A stretch of DNA of 64,000 nucleotides. Source: a virus. This document shows, one piece after another, positions 18,963 through 29,185 of the stretch (position 1 is the stretch's first letter; every line of letters begins with the position of its first letter). Position numbers and translations under genes: made by a program. The stretch lies in the IMG/VR virus record IMGVR_UViG_3300021478_000016, positions 78,433-142,432 of that record; one strand, written 5' to 3'. The notes beneath the pieces are model-generated. The model was not told the origin of the DNA. It searched no databases and saw only the letters and a program-made list of their open reading frames with translations.

Positions 18963-21836
18963 ATGGCGTCGAGTGGCCTGCCGCAACCCGGGGTCGAAGT
19001 CATTCAGGTCTTCCAGACGGTCAGCCCCACCGTCATCACCCCGACGCTCGTTCCGTGCGTCGTCGGCGCCTGCAAACAGGTCGTCGATGCTGTGGTGCCG
19101 AGCGCCACGGGCAGCACCCAGGTGAACTCGGGGGCGCAGGTCGAGAAACCTGCCACGCTCACGGCCATCGCCGCAACGGGCGGACCTCCGGTCGTCTACA
19201 CGCTGAACGGGAACCTCAAGTTCGCGTCCGATGGGCTGCCGACCGTGACCGTGAACTTCGTGAGCGGTACGTACACGCCGCAACAGGTGGTCACCATGGT
19301 CAACGCCGCGATCCTCGCGGCGGGTCAGTCCAACCTCGTCGCCGAGCTCGTGGGCACCACGCAGTGGCGCCTGCGCACGCTCTCGGAGACGGACTTCGAC
19401 TTCATCTCGGTCGACCCGACTTCGACGTCCGGCGTGCTCACGGCGTTCGGCTTCTTCGGCAACGAGTTCAAGTCCGGCGCGGCTTCGTACCACCAGTTCC
19501 AGGTCACGATCCCCACACCGTCGTTCCCGGACCCGAACAACAACCTCGCGCAGCTCGCCATCGATACGACCACCATCCGTGGATTCCTCGGCATCTCGGG
19601 CAACGCTGCTCTTCAGGAGGCGCTGCGCACGCAGACCGTCCTGCGCAAGGGTGGCGCCACGACGGTGATCGATAGTGGAAACGGAACCGGCTTCTCGAAC
19701 ATCATCCAGGCCGCAGGACAGGACTTCACGTCCCTGTCTACGGTGGCCACGGTGGCGTCCGTGACCGGCTCGGCAACGCCGACGTTCGGCAGCCTGGCGG
19801 GCAAGACCCTGGTCGTCTCGGATGGACGTGAGCCCATCACAGTCACGTTCGGGACGTGCGCGGTCATCGGCGATGTCGTCGCACAATTCAACGCGTTCTT
19901 CAGCGCGACGGACGGCATCCTCGCCTCGGCCTCGGGCACGGACCTCACGCTCACCAGCACGCGCCTGCGTGAGGATGGCCTGACGACCGCTCTCGGTGAG
20001 GACAGCTCGATCGTCCTGCTCGGCGGCAGCGCACTGTACCCGACCAACCTCCTCGATCCGGGTGGCACGCCGACCCTCCACATCGGCCGCTACACCGGCA
20101 GCCCGATGGCTGTCTTCCCCGGCGACCAGCTCTTCATCGACGGTGTTCTCGTCGGCGTCATCAACCAGGTCGCTCCGAACGGACAGAACGCGCAGCTCCG
20201 CGTCAACGCGAACAAGCCACTCTCGTTCACCGGCAGCCACTTCTACATCGTGGCGACGAGCCTCGCGGCTCTGCCCGGAGAAACAGCGAACCGCCCGCGT
20301 CCCGACTTCATCGTGGATGCGAACGGCAACGCGACGTTCAAGCACGGCCTGCTGCGAGACTCGAATGGAGTCGTCGTCGAGTCGCTCCAGACGTCGGCCC
20401 TCGTCGAGCCGAGCAGCAACATGTACATCGCGTACAAGGCGCTGCGACTCGATGTCTCGAGCAGGGCGACGAACCCGGGTCTGCTCCAGTTCAGCGACAC
20501 GGCGACGCTCCAGAGCCAGCTCGCTCCCATCACGACGGACAACCCGCTGGGTCTCGGTCTCTACTTCGCCCTGCTCAATGCACCGGCGGTGCAGATCACC
20601 GGTCTGGGTGTGGACGCAGTGTCTCCGAGCGAGCCGTTCGGCACCCTGGCAGCGTTCACGGATGCGGCGACGTTCCTCGAGCAGTTCGAGGTGTACGCCA
20701 TCGCGCCCCTGACGCACGAGACGACGGTCCATCAGGTCTTCCAGACCCACGTCGACACGATGAGCGCGCCCGAGAACAAGGGTGAACGCATCGTGCTCGT
20801 CAATCCGAGCAAGCCCGTCAACCGGCTCAATGCGCTGGTGGCATCCGGCACGGACGGCAACACGATCGGCACGGGCGGCCTGACCTTCGACACGGGCATC
20901 GCCAACCTGACCGCGCTGCTCGTCGCTGCGGGGATCTCGAACCCGGCCTCCATCCCGGTGAGCTCGGGCGTCTTCCTCAACATCAGCGACAACAACCTCA
21001 ACTACAACGTCTCGGCGGTGAGCGGGTCGGTCGTGACGGTGAACATCACCTTCACGGGCAGCCAGAACACCGACGGCTTCTTCTCGACGACGGACCTCAA
21101 GACTCCGCCGCTCCCATCGGCGCTCATCGAGGACCCGTTCTCCATCAAGGTCCGCGGCACGCCGCTGGTCTTGACGGACGGCATCACGCCGGACAAGCCG
21201 AGCATCGCCTCGACCATCACGGCCATGGCGCAGGCGTTCCTCGACCGCCGCGTGTGGATGGTCGTGCCCGATACGTGCGCCGCCACTCTCGGTGGGGTGG
21301 AGCAGGTCCTCGACGGCTTCTACATGTGCGCGGCCATCGCGGGCATGATCGGTCAGCAGCCTCCGCAGCAGTCGTTCACCAACTTCCCGATGACTGGCTT
21401 CACGCGCGTCATCGGCTCGAACGACTTCTTCACGCCGCAGCAGATGAACCAGATGGCTGGTGGCGGCGCGTACATCATCCTCCAGGACGTGAAGGGCGTC
21501 AGCCCGCTGTACTCGCGTATGGCGCTGACCACCGACCTCACGTCCATCGAGACGAGGACGGACAGCATCACGAAGATCGTGGACTTCTGCGCGAAGTTCT
21601 ACCGCACCGGTCTGAAGAACTTCATCGGGCGGTTCAACATCAACCAGGGTCTCCTCGACTCACTGGGTCACGTGCTCCAGGGTCTCACGGGATTCCTCAC
21701 GGAGTCCGGCGTCCTCATCGGCGCGCACGTGAACAACTTGATCCAGGACACCGCGGCTCCCGACACCGTGCTCGTCGACATCACGCTCGACGTGCCATTC
21801 CCCTGCAATTACATCCGCATCACGCTCGTCATCTGA
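18963..21836 (+). CDS. contractile tail sheath protein
   Basis: N-terminal QPGVEV, C-terminal VDITLDVPFPCNYIRITL; 957 aa. Confidence 0.9.
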   Translation: MASSGLPQPGVEVIQVFQTVSPTVITPTLVPCVVGACKQVVDAVVPSATGSTQVNSGAQVEKPATLTAIAATGGPPVVYTLNGNLKFASDGLPTVTVNFVSGTYTPQQVVTMVNAAILAAGQSNLVAELVGTTQWRLRTLSETDFDFISVDPTSTSGVLTAFGFFGNEFKSGAASYHQFQVTIPTPSFPDPNNNLAQLAIDTTTIRGFLGISGNAALQEALRTQTVLRKGGATTVIDSGNGTGFSNIIQAAGQDFTSLSTVATVASVTGSATPTFGSLAGKTLVVSDGREPITVTFGTCAVIGDVVAQFNAFFSATDGILASASGTDLTLTSTRLREDGLTTALGEDSSIVLLGGSALYPTNLLDPGGTPTLHIGRYTGSPMAVFPGDQLFIDGVLVGVINQVAPNGQNAQLRVNANKPLSFTGSHFYIVATSLAALPGETANRPRPDFIVDANGNATFKHGLLRDSNGVVVESLQTSALVEPSSNMYIAYKALRLDVSSRATNPGLLQFSDTATLQSQLAPITTDNPLGLGLYFALLNAPAVQITGLGVDAVSPSEPFGTLAAFTDAATFLEQFEVYAIAPLTHETTVHQVFQTHVDTMSAPENKGERIVLVNPSKPVNRLNALVASGTDGNTIGTGGLTFDTGIANLTALLVAAGISNPASIPVSSGVFLNISDNNLNYNVSAVSGSVVTVNITFTGSQNTDGFFSTTDLKTPPLPSALIEDPFSIKVRGTPLVLTDGITPDKPSIASTITAMAQAFLDRRVWMVVPDTCAATLGGVEQVLDGFYMCAAIAGMIGQQPPQQSFTNFPMTGFTRVIGSNDFFTPQQMNQMAGGGAYIILQDVKGVSPLYSRMALTTDLTSIETRTDSITKIVDFCAKFYRTGLKNFIGRFNINQGLLDSLGHVLQGLTGFLTESGVLIGAHVNNLIQDTAAPDTVLVDITLDVPFPCNYIRITLVI

Positions 21837-21853
21837 GCGTGTGAGGAGATGCA

Positions 21854-22462
21854 ATGAATCAGCTTGACAACATGATCAATAGGAGCTTCGGCTTCTTGAC
21901 GGTCGTCGAGCGCGCCCCGAACGATCGCTTCGGGAACGTGTGGTGGAGATGTTTGTGTCGCTGTGGAGGGGCTTGCCTCAAGCGGGCCTCTCAACTTCGC
22001 GAAGGAAAGTTCTTCACCTGCGGTCGAGAGGCCTGTCGCTTCTGGTCGAAGGTCTACGTTCCTGAGGGAGATAGCTGCCACGAATGGACTGGCGGTCTGA
22101 AGGACTCCGGGTACGGCCAGTTCAAAACCTCTACAGGCACGATCTCAGCTCACATCTACGCCTGGGAACAGAAGCATGGTCCCGTGCCTGCCGGGAAACT
22201 CCTACGGCACACCTGCGATGTAAGGCACTGCGTTCGTGATGACCATCTGCTTTTGGGAACGCATCTACAGAACATGCAGGACATGGTGGATAGGGGGCGA
22301 AGTCATTCCCCAAGACCGCCTCTTCCTGTCCAGAAAAGACTGGAACTGCTACAAGACAAGGAGGAGGGTTTCACCGCCCTCGCTCTAGTCGAGAAGTACG
22401 GTGTGAGCCTCAGGACGGTGAGTAGGATCATCCAAGAACACCGCAAGGGAGTGGATCAATGA
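21854..22462 (+). mobile_element. free-standing HNH homing endonuclease between sheath and tube
   Basis: N-terminal WRCLCRCG Zn module; CHEWTG..GYG; HTCDVRHCVRDDHL..GTHLQN; lower GC. Confidence 0.88.
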
Positions 22463-23214
22463 GCGGCAACTTCTCCGACTGGAGCCCCTACACCAGCTAC
22501 GTTCAGGCGGGGCTGGTCGACGGACGCTACGCGACCGGCGCCTACACGATGCTGGCCGCGGGACCTCCGCGGCTGGCGAACATCGGTGGTGCGGCGGGTC
22601 TGGCTCAGGCTGTTGCTGGCACGGGCCAGGCGGCCAACCAGATCGTGCTGCCGATGGGTATCGTGCAGAACCTCAACGTCAGCCACACGCGCAACTTCAG
22701 CCGCATCTTCGAGATCGGCTCGGAGCGCAGCTACTTCATCGCGGGTCGCACAGTGGGTCAGCTCGGGCTCGGGCGGATCTACTACCACGGCTCGTCGCTG
22801 CTGCGCATCCTCTACGCCTACTACCAGGACCTCATCCCTCCGACGATCGTGCCGTCGATGTTCCCCAATGCGGGGGCCGCGACGCAATCGAACCCGCACG
22901 ACGTCATCATCCCGCCGGGCTACGAGAACATCTACATCAACCTGGCGTCGGACCTCTTCGCGCAGCCCATCGGCATCCTGATGTACATCCGCGACGTCAA
23001 CCAGGCGACCCTGGGCGCGATGTACTTCGAGGCCTGCTACATCCCGAACCACGTCTGGGCCACGGACTCTCAGGGAGTCCTCATCCAGGAGAACGTCGCG
23101 GTCCAGTTCGAGCGTGGAGTGCCGGTGCAGGTTAGTGCGCTCACGCTCATCAGCCAGACCAACGCACAGAACGCCGGCGGCGCGAACGTGACCTTCCCGG
23201 GCCTGCCGGGCTGA
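22459..23214 (+). CDS. tail tube protein
   Basis: GIVQNLNVS..RIFEIGS..QENVAVQFE tube-like pattern; follows the sheath. Confidence 0.8.
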   Translation: MSGNFSDWSPYTSYVQAGLVDGRYATGAYTMLAAGPPRLANIGGAAGLAQAVAGTGQAANQIVLPMGIVQNLNVSHTRNFSRIFEIGSERSYFIAGRTVGQLGLGRIYYHGSSLLRILYAYYQDLIPPTIVPSMFPNAGAATQSNPHDVIIPPGYENIYINLASDLFAQPIGILMYIRDVNQATLGAMYFEACYIPNHVWATDSQGVLIQENVAVQFERGVPVQVSALTLISQTNAQNAGGANVTFPGLPG

Positions 23215-23225
23215 GGGAGTAGTCG

Positions 23226-23609
23226 ATGAGCACGCCGTACACCTTCACGGGGGCTCTGACATTCCCGCCTGACCCGGGCGGACCGCAGTCGCCCATCTCC
23301 ATCAGCTTCGCAGACCAGTTCGACCAGATCATCGCCGAGACCCTGACCCTTGCTGGGTCGGGGTCCAAGACCTTCGACCTGTCGGCGCTCTCGGGCGGTG
23401 GCGGTGCGAAGTGTTTGGTGGTCAAGGTCGACCCGCAGGTCGTCGGGACTCCTGCTGTCTTCGTCAAGGTGAACTCCGAGACGGTAGGGGAGGAGCTCCA
23501 GCCTGGGAGCTTCAAGGTCACGGGGAATCTCAACCCTGCGACTGGGATCACGAGCGTCACCGTCGTTTGGACGGGGGTAGGCAAGATACGGCTCTGGGCA
23601 CTCGGGTGA
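23226..23609 (+). CDS. putative beta-rich virion protein
   Basis: Composition and position. Confidence 0.5.
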   Translation: MSTPYTFTGALTFPPDPGGPQSPISISFADQFDQIIAETLTLAGSGSKTFDLSALSGGGGAKCLVVKVDPQVVGTPAVFVKVNSETVGEELQPGSFKVTGNLNPATGITSVTVVWTGVGKIRLWALG

Positions 23610-23625
23610 GCCTTCTGGAGGTCAC

Positions 23626-23922
23626 GTGCAGGTCGAGATCGGGTACGCCATCATCGCCGGCATCGCATCCGGGGCCCTCACGGCGACCGGCTTCGTCTTC
23701 CTTCTGGGCCGTCGCTACCAGGCCATCGAAGAGCATCTGAAGGCACTGTTCGAAAAGAACAGGGAGCAGGACGCCAAGATCGAGAAGCTGGAGACGGACC
23801 AAACCACGATGACCAAGGAGAACAACGAGTCATGGCAGGACCTCAATCGAACGCTCGGGCAGATCGAGGGGTCTATCGGGATGCTGCCTCCCCCGCCACC
23901 TCCGAGGAAGACGAGACCGTGA
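23626..23922 (+). CDS. single-TM plus coiled-coil protein (holin-like)
   Basis: N-terminal hydrophobic helix followed by a coiled coil. Confidence 0.45.
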   Translation: MQVEIGYAIIAGIASGALTATGFVFLLGRRYQAIEEHLKALFEKNREQDAKIEKLETDQTTMTKENNESWQDLNRTLGQIEGSIGMLPPPPPPRKTRP

Positions 23923-24062
23923 AGACCCGCTCCAGGCCCCCGTCCGAGGGTGTAGTCGCCCTCCGTCCTCTTCGTGAGGAGGCGGTGCAGAAGGCGAACA
24001 GCATCCTCAAGAAGATCCAAAGCGTTCCGCGCATGCCAGCGGTCAAGGACCCCACGCGATGA
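23919..24062 (+). CDS. small basic hypothetical protein
   Basis: GTGA/ATGA overlaps with both neighbours. Confidence 0.45.
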   Translation: MKTRSRPPSEGVVALRPLREEAVQKANSILKKIQSVPRMPAVKDPTR

Positions 24063-24874
24063 CCGGACCGAACGAAGAGCTGATGTGCGAGTACGGCACG
24101 GAGGCGGTCGAGAAGACCGCCTCCGGTTCGCCGTTCGCTGCCAAGCTGCTCTTCGCGATGATGGCCATGCGCATGGCGCGCGACTTTGCCGAGGACCAGA
24201 CCTACCAGCGCCTCCAGGCCAAGAGCCTGAACGACCGGTTCCAGCAGCTCCAGAACTCGGACCTGGCTGTCACCCGTGACGCGCTACAGCACAGCCGGCC
24301 CCGGGTCTTCGTCGGGCCCAACCTGCCGATGGGCGGTCCCCAGGACCCGAACGCCCTCCAGGGGGTCCCTCTGGGCTGGGACGAGGGCATGGTGCGGACG
24401 GCGGCCGTGGCTGACGCTGTGGGGGGCGACCTGGCGAAGACGGCCCTGGGCATCCCCCAGGTTCAGGGGGCGCTCCAGCGAGGCGCACAGGCCGTGCGCG
24501 GGGCCTTCCAGTCAGGGGCGACGAAGCGTCTTCTCCAAGCGGCCAAGGTGGAAGGGGTAGCTCCCAGCGTTCAGGGTGGGAGCCCGTTCCGGGTGGCCCC
24601 CAAGATGCCTACCCCCACCCCTCCGCCGGCGGCGGGTCCGGGCCCTGTGAGCTCGACGCTCAAGGGGGTCGGTCGCGGGTTGGCGACGGCCGGCGCGCTC
24701 GGCGTCGGGGCAGTGGGCATGGGGGCCTTCGCGGCGGGTCGGCCGGCGCTCGGCTACCTATCTCGCGAGCAGGACAACCCGACCTACGGGGCTACCGCTA
24801 ACGGTGCTCCGCAACTAGCATACGGAGTCAACCAGTGGGGTCAGCCACAACTCGGAGCCCCGTTCATCCAGTGA
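24059..24874 (+). CDS. KxA-motif protein with C-terminal glycine zipper
   Basis: EKTAS, AKTAL, GLATAGALGVGAVGMG. Confidence 0.6.
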   Translation: MTGPNEELMCEYGTEAVEKTASGSPFAAKLLFAMMAMRMARDFAEDQTYQRLQAKSLNDRFQQLQNSDLAVTRDALQHSRPRVFVGPNLPMGGPQDPNALQGVPLGWDEGMVRTAAVADAVGGDLAKTALGIPQVQGALQRGAQAVRGAFQSGATKRLLQAAKVEGVAPSVQGGSPFRVAPKMPTPTPPPAAGPGPVSSTLKGVGRGLATAGALGVGAVGMGAFAAGRPALGYLSREQDNPTYGATANGAPQLAYGVNQWGQPQLGAPFIQ

Positions 24875-24884
24875 GGAGAAGATC

Positions 24885-25568
24885 ATGAGCAAGGGTTCTG
24901 GACTCTTCAGCGGGTACGCGGCTCGGCGTCCCCATGTTCTCGCAGGTCACGGTGAGGGTACGGAGATCACCAACCTGGCAGCCGACGTCACAGCGTCGTT
25001 CGCCGGTCTGAAGGCGATCATCGTGGAGGAGTACTTGGCTCCGCACGCGGCCGTCACCAACGCCTTTCTCGCTGCGACGGCGTCGGTGAACGGTACGCAG
25101 ACCATCACCTCGGCATCCGGCCTCGTTCCGGCGCCGGCGGCGCTGACGGCGGCGGGGCGCAACGTCACACTCACCGGTGGTGGGACCACGGGTCAGTGCC
25201 CGACGTCGGCGGCGGTCACCGGCTTCGACGCCGGGGGCAACGCGCAGACCGAGACCATCGCTCTGACGGCGGGTTCCGGGACGGGCGTCAAGGGCTGGAG
25301 CAAGGTGACCAAGGTCGTCCTCACGGGCGGCACGGGCACGGCTGGCACGACGGCGATCGGCTACGGGGTGGTCATCGGCCTGTCCTACGCGCCGAAGCTG
25401 CGCGCGGGACAGACGTCGCCCATCTTGCCGCAGAAGGAGATCGTGGACGGTGCAGTCCTCTCGCCGGCGACGGGTTCGATCGACACGGTCAACCACACGT
25501 ACACGCCGGCCGCGGCGCCCAACGGGACGCACAACTACTGCATCGACTACGAGGCCGTCGGGAGCTGA
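24885..25568 (+). CDS. putative virion structural protein (Thr/Gly/Ala-rich)
   Basis: Strong RBS; beta-rich composition. Confidence 0.55.
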   Translation: MSKGSGLFSGYAARRPHVLAGHGEGTEITNLAADVTASFAGLKAIIVEEYLAPHAAVTNAFLAATASVNGTQTITSASGLVPAPAALTAAGRNVTLTGGGTTGQCPTSAAVTGFDAGGNAQTETIALTAGSGTGVKGWSKVTKVVLTGGTGTAGTTAIGYGVVIGLSYAPKLRAGQTSPILPQKEIVDGAVLSPATGSIDTVNHTYTPAAAPNGTHNYCIDYEAVGS

Positions 25569-26020
25569 GTCGGCGTCTTCAAGCTGCTGAGCAGCTTGAG
25601 GAACTGCGGGTTTCGGAGGGCGAGAGGTCCTCGAGCAGCCCGGATGAGGCCCACGGCTTCGTCCGGGCTTGCTCGTTTGGAGAGCACGAGGGCGAGCGCC
25701 GCGATGAGACCTGAGCGGTTATGCCCCTCGTGGCAGGTGACGGCCGTCGACTCCCCCTCGTTCAGCCAGCGCGCCACCTGAGCTCCAGCCTCGAGGGCAC
25801 GGGCGGCTGTCTCGGCCGGCACGGGCTTGTTCGGGTCGTCCTCGAGCGAGACATGATGCACATCCACGCCAGGGAACTTGTCCGACGTCTGCTCCGCGAA
25901 GAGCTCGTGGGCTGCGAGGACAAGATGCTCTACGGGCGACAAGCTCCAGTCCTTGTTGAGGGGTGGGGCGTTGCCGACATAGAGCCCGGGGATGATGAGG
26001 GAAGCGGTCATCGAGTCCAC
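25547..26020 (-). CDS. dual-specificity/tyrosine protein phosphatase
   Basis: IIPGLYVG; CHEGHNRSG (Cx5R) P-loop; RNPQF. Confidence 0.88.
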   Translation of the reverse strand: MDSMTASLIIPGLYVGNAPPLNKDWSLSPVEHLVLAAHELFAEQTSDKFPGVDVHHVSLEDDPNKPVPAETAARALEAGAQVARWLNEGESTAVTCHEGHNRSGLIAALALVLSKRASPDEAVGLIRAARGPLALRNPQFLKLLSSLKTPTQLPTAS

Positions 26021-26568
26021 CAGAAGGCGTCCATCACCGGCCCCTCGACAGGCTCCGCCTTCGGGGGAGACGTGTTCTCGCCGGCGGGTGGCGGACGCGG
26101 GGCTAGAAAAGAGGGGACTGACTTCTCGACCCTCTTCGCCGGCGAGAAGAACTCCACCGTCGCGTTGTCGAGCATGCCTCGCTCAGTCGCCGATAGGGTC
26201 TCCCACTTCCGCGCCCCTTCGTGCAGCTCGCCGAGCAGCGAAAGGGCTTGGTCGTCGTAGCGTTCCGCCTGGGTCCTCGCGTCCTGAAGGATGTGCGTCG
26301 GGTCTCGATGCAGGAACAGCTCGAAGAGGCCGGGCGGGTTCTTTTTAGCCTCTGGCTCTGGGGCTGTTCTTGCGAGCTCGAAGAGGGTTGGGAACTTCGG
26401 CGGCTCGAGCTTTCTTAGACCCCAGTACTTCAGCCCGCGTCTTCCCACGTGTTGCACCAGCATCTTGTCCCCGCTGTTTAGCGGATCGTCCAGTGTTGAC
26501 GTCTGGAAGTCCAAGTAGTCGTTGGTCCCCGGGGCGTAGGAGGGGTCTTGCGAATCTTGCGAGCTCAT
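26008..26568 (-). CDS. hypothetical protein
   Basis: ORF in the minus-strand operon; start uncertain. Confidence 0.5.
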   Translation of the reverse strand: MSSQDSQDPSYAPGTNDYLDFQTSTLDDPLNSGDKMLVQHVGRRGLKYWGLRKLEPPKFPTLFELARTAPEPEAKKNPPGLFELFLHRDPTHILQDARTQAERYDDQALSLLGELHEGARKWETLSATERGMLDNATVEFFSPAKRVEKSVPSFLAPRPPPAGENTSPPKAEPVEGPVMDAFWWTR

Positions 26569-26779
26569 GACGGACAGCCTCTTCGTGGGCTTGGAGGATC
26601 TGGTCCTTGTTCTGCAAGAGGAAGTAAGCGATGAACATCGAGAGGAAGACTTCAGGCGTCGGCTTCTTCGTCAGAGAGCCGCCCCCTTGGGTGTGGTAGC
26701 AGAGGACCGCCTGGAACTGCCTGTCGAAGAGCTCCCAGAGAGAGTCATCCATCCAGATCTTGTAGTAGCGACCAGCCAT
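26345..26779 (-). CDS. hypothetical protein (long overlap with the downstream ORF)
   Basis: Start abuts the upstream stop; N-terminal half is protein-like. Confidence 0.45.
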   Translation of the reverse strand: MAGRYYKIWMDDSLWELFDRQFQAVLCYHTQGGGSLTKKPTPEVFLSMFIAYFLLQNKDQILQAHEEAVRHELARFARPLLRPGDQRLLGLPDVNTGRSAKQRGQDAGATRGKTRAEVLGSKKARAAEVPNPLRARKNSPRARG

Positions 26780-27121
26780 TCACGTAGAAGATACCACGCC
26801 CTGGATGTTCTTCAGCAGTGCCTCGAGAGCCCTGAGGGATACCTCCGGGTCTTGCCCGGCCCGAAGGTCACGCACCAGGCCCTCCGCCTTGGCGAAGATG
26901 TCCGGTGCGTGACCGACGAGTCTTGCGTTGCAAGCGGTCTCGGAGAACCCCTTGCCCTTTCCCTCACGGTGAACGATGGTCGCAACGACCTTGCTCTGCT
27001 CGTCCACAATGAGGATGGGCCCCGTATCGTCTTCGATGGACAAGTACTTGTACGACCCGACGGAACCGCCGGTGACGCTAGACTTGATCTGAACGAACCA
27101 GGGACCCTTTGTGTGATTCAT
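26780..27121 (-). CDS. phage hypothetical protein (HTxGPW...NARL family)
   Basis: HTKGPW and CNARLVGHAPD motifs common in phage small proteins. Confidence 0.65.
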   Translation of the reverse strand: MNHTKGPWFVQIKSSVTGGSVGSYKYLSIEDDTGPILIVDEQSKVVATIVHREGKGKGFSETACNARLVGHAPDIFAKAEGLVRDLRAGQDPEVSLRALEALLKNIQGVVSST

Positions 27122-27705
27122 GTGAATGCTCGCCTTGCCTTGATCATCTCGATGAGCTCCCCCCATGACGTAAGACGATCGAGGTCCTTGGTCTCTTCCC
27201 CTCTGTTGCAAGGGTGGTCCCAGAGAAAGGCCGCGCCGTCCGGATTCGCTTCTTGCCATGCGCGCACGTTCTGATGCTTGTCATCCACGAAGAGGTCTCC
27301 TCGCAGGATGTACTTCGTCTCGATGTGCACTATGCGCTTGTGGCTGATGCCGTAGTGCAACTTCAGCCACGTCTCCCGCTCGTGAGCCCAGGTAGCTGAG
27401 CCCGAGAGCGGGGACGTGACGATGTGCAGCTCGGTCAGATCTTGCAGCAACGCGATGGCTGGCTGTGAGTTGACCAGTGGCTTGAGGTTCATCGCGAACC
27501 CCGGAGCTCGCAGCAACTTGTCGTAGGTCTCCTTCTCGGCCTTGGTCGCGAAGGGGAGGTTGCCGGTGAAGTCCCAGTCCGTGATGGTGTCGCGATCGAG
27601 GCCTTGTCCGGTCACGAGCTTGTAGAGATCCAGTGCTCCTCCAACGAAGTCGGACAAGACCCCATCGCAATCGCAGAGGAGCCGAATGACTCTCCCCTTC
27701 TTCAC
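27118..27705 (-). CDS. 5'(3')-deoxyribonucleotidase (HAD, NT5C-like)
   Basis: CDCDGVLSDF motif I, IVTSP, K..LRGDLFVDD. Confidence 0.88.
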   Translation of the reverse strand: MKKGRVIRLLCDCDGVLSDFVGGALDLYKLVTGQGLDRDTITDWDFTGNLPFATKAEKETYDKLLRAPGFAMNLKPLVNSQPAIALLQDLTELHIVTSPLSGSATWAHERETWLKLHYGISHKRIVHIETKYILRGDLFVDDKHQNVRAWQEANPDGAAFLWDHPCNRGEETKDLDRLTSWGELIEMIKARRAFT

Positions 27706-28382
27706 GGCGTAACTCCCTTCGTCTTGCGACGAGGGAAGGAACGCCAGTCGACCCGATGCCAGGGCAATCGGCTCGGGCCGTGGTGATGATGCACCTCCGG
27801 CCTGTTGATGTAGCGCCACCGCAGACCACCAAGCTCGGTGTCGTAGATGGCCGAGAAGCCCCACAGCTTCATGATGCCCGACGTATCCGCCGGCCGCATG
27901 CGGCTGAGGGCAACCTGCTGACGTTCCTTCGGCAGGCCGTGGTAGTAGTTTTCGAGGACCTCGCTGAGCGCCTTGTGGAACGCGAGGCCGATCGCCAAGC
28001 GCTCCTGCTCTGTCGGGACTCGCGTTACCTCGAATTCGCCCCTCTCGATCCTCTGTTCGAACTCCGCCTGTGGGATGACGAAGACCCTCTTCAGGGCCAG
28101 CATCTTGCACAGGCTGTCGGAGATGAACTTCGCGAACGTCTGGACGTCGAAGTCTTTCACCCAGCCCAGCTCCTTGTACGCCTCGAACTGCGCAGAGGCA
28201 GAGAGCAGAGCTACGTGACTGTGGAAGAGGATGTCCCCTTTGGGGTCCATCTCCATGAGCTGGAAGACGGACGGTTCGACCGGCTGAATTGAGAAGCGGC
28301 CCGGCAAGATCTCCTCCCGTAGGACGAAGACCCATGGGGCCTCTTCACGCATCGACCTTCCAACGAGTTGCAGTGGTTCCAT
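27702..28382 (-). CDS. hypothetical protein, possible degenerate JAB/MPN domain
   Basis: ILFHSH present, but the downstream SxxD is missing. Confidence 0.4.
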   Translation of the reverse strand: MEPLQLVGRSMREEAPWVFVLREEILPGRFSIQPVEPSVFQLMEMDPKGDILFHSHVALLSASAQFEAYKELGWVKDFDVQTFAKFISDSLCKMLALKRVFVIPQAEFEQRIERGEFEVTRVPTEQERLAIGLAFHKALSEVLENYYHGLPKERQQVALSRMRPADTSGIMKLWGFSAIYDTELGGLRWRYINRPEVHHHHGPSRLPWHRVDWRSFPRRKTKGVTP

Positions 28383-28447
28383 GTGCACAGATCTCCCTCT
28401 CGAGCGACACATGCTCGTCAAGGTTCTTATCTCGTCTTCGAGGAGAT

Positions 28448-29185
28448 CTATGCGAGAGGTGAACCATCCGGCCCGACCAGCAGCGCCGGCGCCGAGTACG
28501 TCAGATTGTCGAGTGAGAGCCAGCCGATAAGTGTTCTCGAACCGACCGTGCGATGTGAGAGCACCGGGTGGTGGATGCGCGCGCACTGCTTGCCCTCGGT
28601 GTTGGTCTGCCCTGCCTCAGCCACCGTGAGGGTGAACGTGCCGTCCGGGTTCGGTGTGACGGCGAGGATGACGAAGACGTGCTCGGTCAGCGGGGGGCCG
28701 TTCGAGACGTACCCGATGTCACAGGGCTTCGGCAGGATGCCCGGGTGGAAGTCCACGAAGGGATACTTGCTCCCCTGCCAGAGCATCGAGATGTTCGCGC
28801 CGACGGTGTAGTGCAGACCATCTTGCGGCTCGGTGCGGTTCACGATCTTCGGATCGCGAACGCCGAGACGCCAGAGCATCCACTGCGGCAGGTAGCCGCA
28901 GGTCGTGCCGACGTTGCCGTAGTCCTTGCAGACCTCGGCGTACTTCGCGTCGCCGGCGTCGAAGGGCACGTACCCCTGGACCAGCTTCATGGCGAAGTCC
29001 CGGACGGTGTCCGGCGTCAGCATGATGGGGTCGGTCGATGTCAGGACTTGCGGCGGCGCCTCGATGAGAGCTCCCATGGTAGGCAGCTTCGGAGGAGGCG
29101 GAATCTCCTCCATCGTGTCGTTCACGGCCACGTTCGAGCTCACGCTCATCTTGCGGGTCGACTTCTTCTCGTTGTCAGCCATCAC
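28448..29185 (-). CDS. CHAP/NlpC-P60-like cysteine amidase (putative)
   Basis: TTCG..., PKPCDI, EHVFVI and AEAGQ in Cys-His-Glu order. Confidence 0.55.
   Translation of the reverse strand: MMADNEKKSTRKMSVSSNVAVNDTMEEIPPPPKLPTMGALIEAPPQVLTSTDPIMLTPDTVRDFAMKLVQGYVPFDAGDAKYAEVCKDYGNVGTTCGYLPQWMLWRLGVRDPKIVNRTEPQDGLHYTVGANISMLWQGSKYPFVDFHPGILPKPCDIGYVSNGPPLTEHVFVILAVTPNPDGTFTLTVAEAGQTNTEGKQCARIHHPVLSHRTVGSRTLIGWLSLDNLTYSAPALLVGPDGSPLA

Noticed and set aside
8621-20750. Long antisense ORFs (e.g. 8621..11119, 12713..14407, 18903..20750)
   Set aside because: Shadow ORFs expected from high GC3 codon bias opposite real genes; no motifs or RBS
27702-28382. Active JAB deubiquitinase-like protease
   Set aside because: HSH is present but the downstream Ser/Asp ligands are not evident
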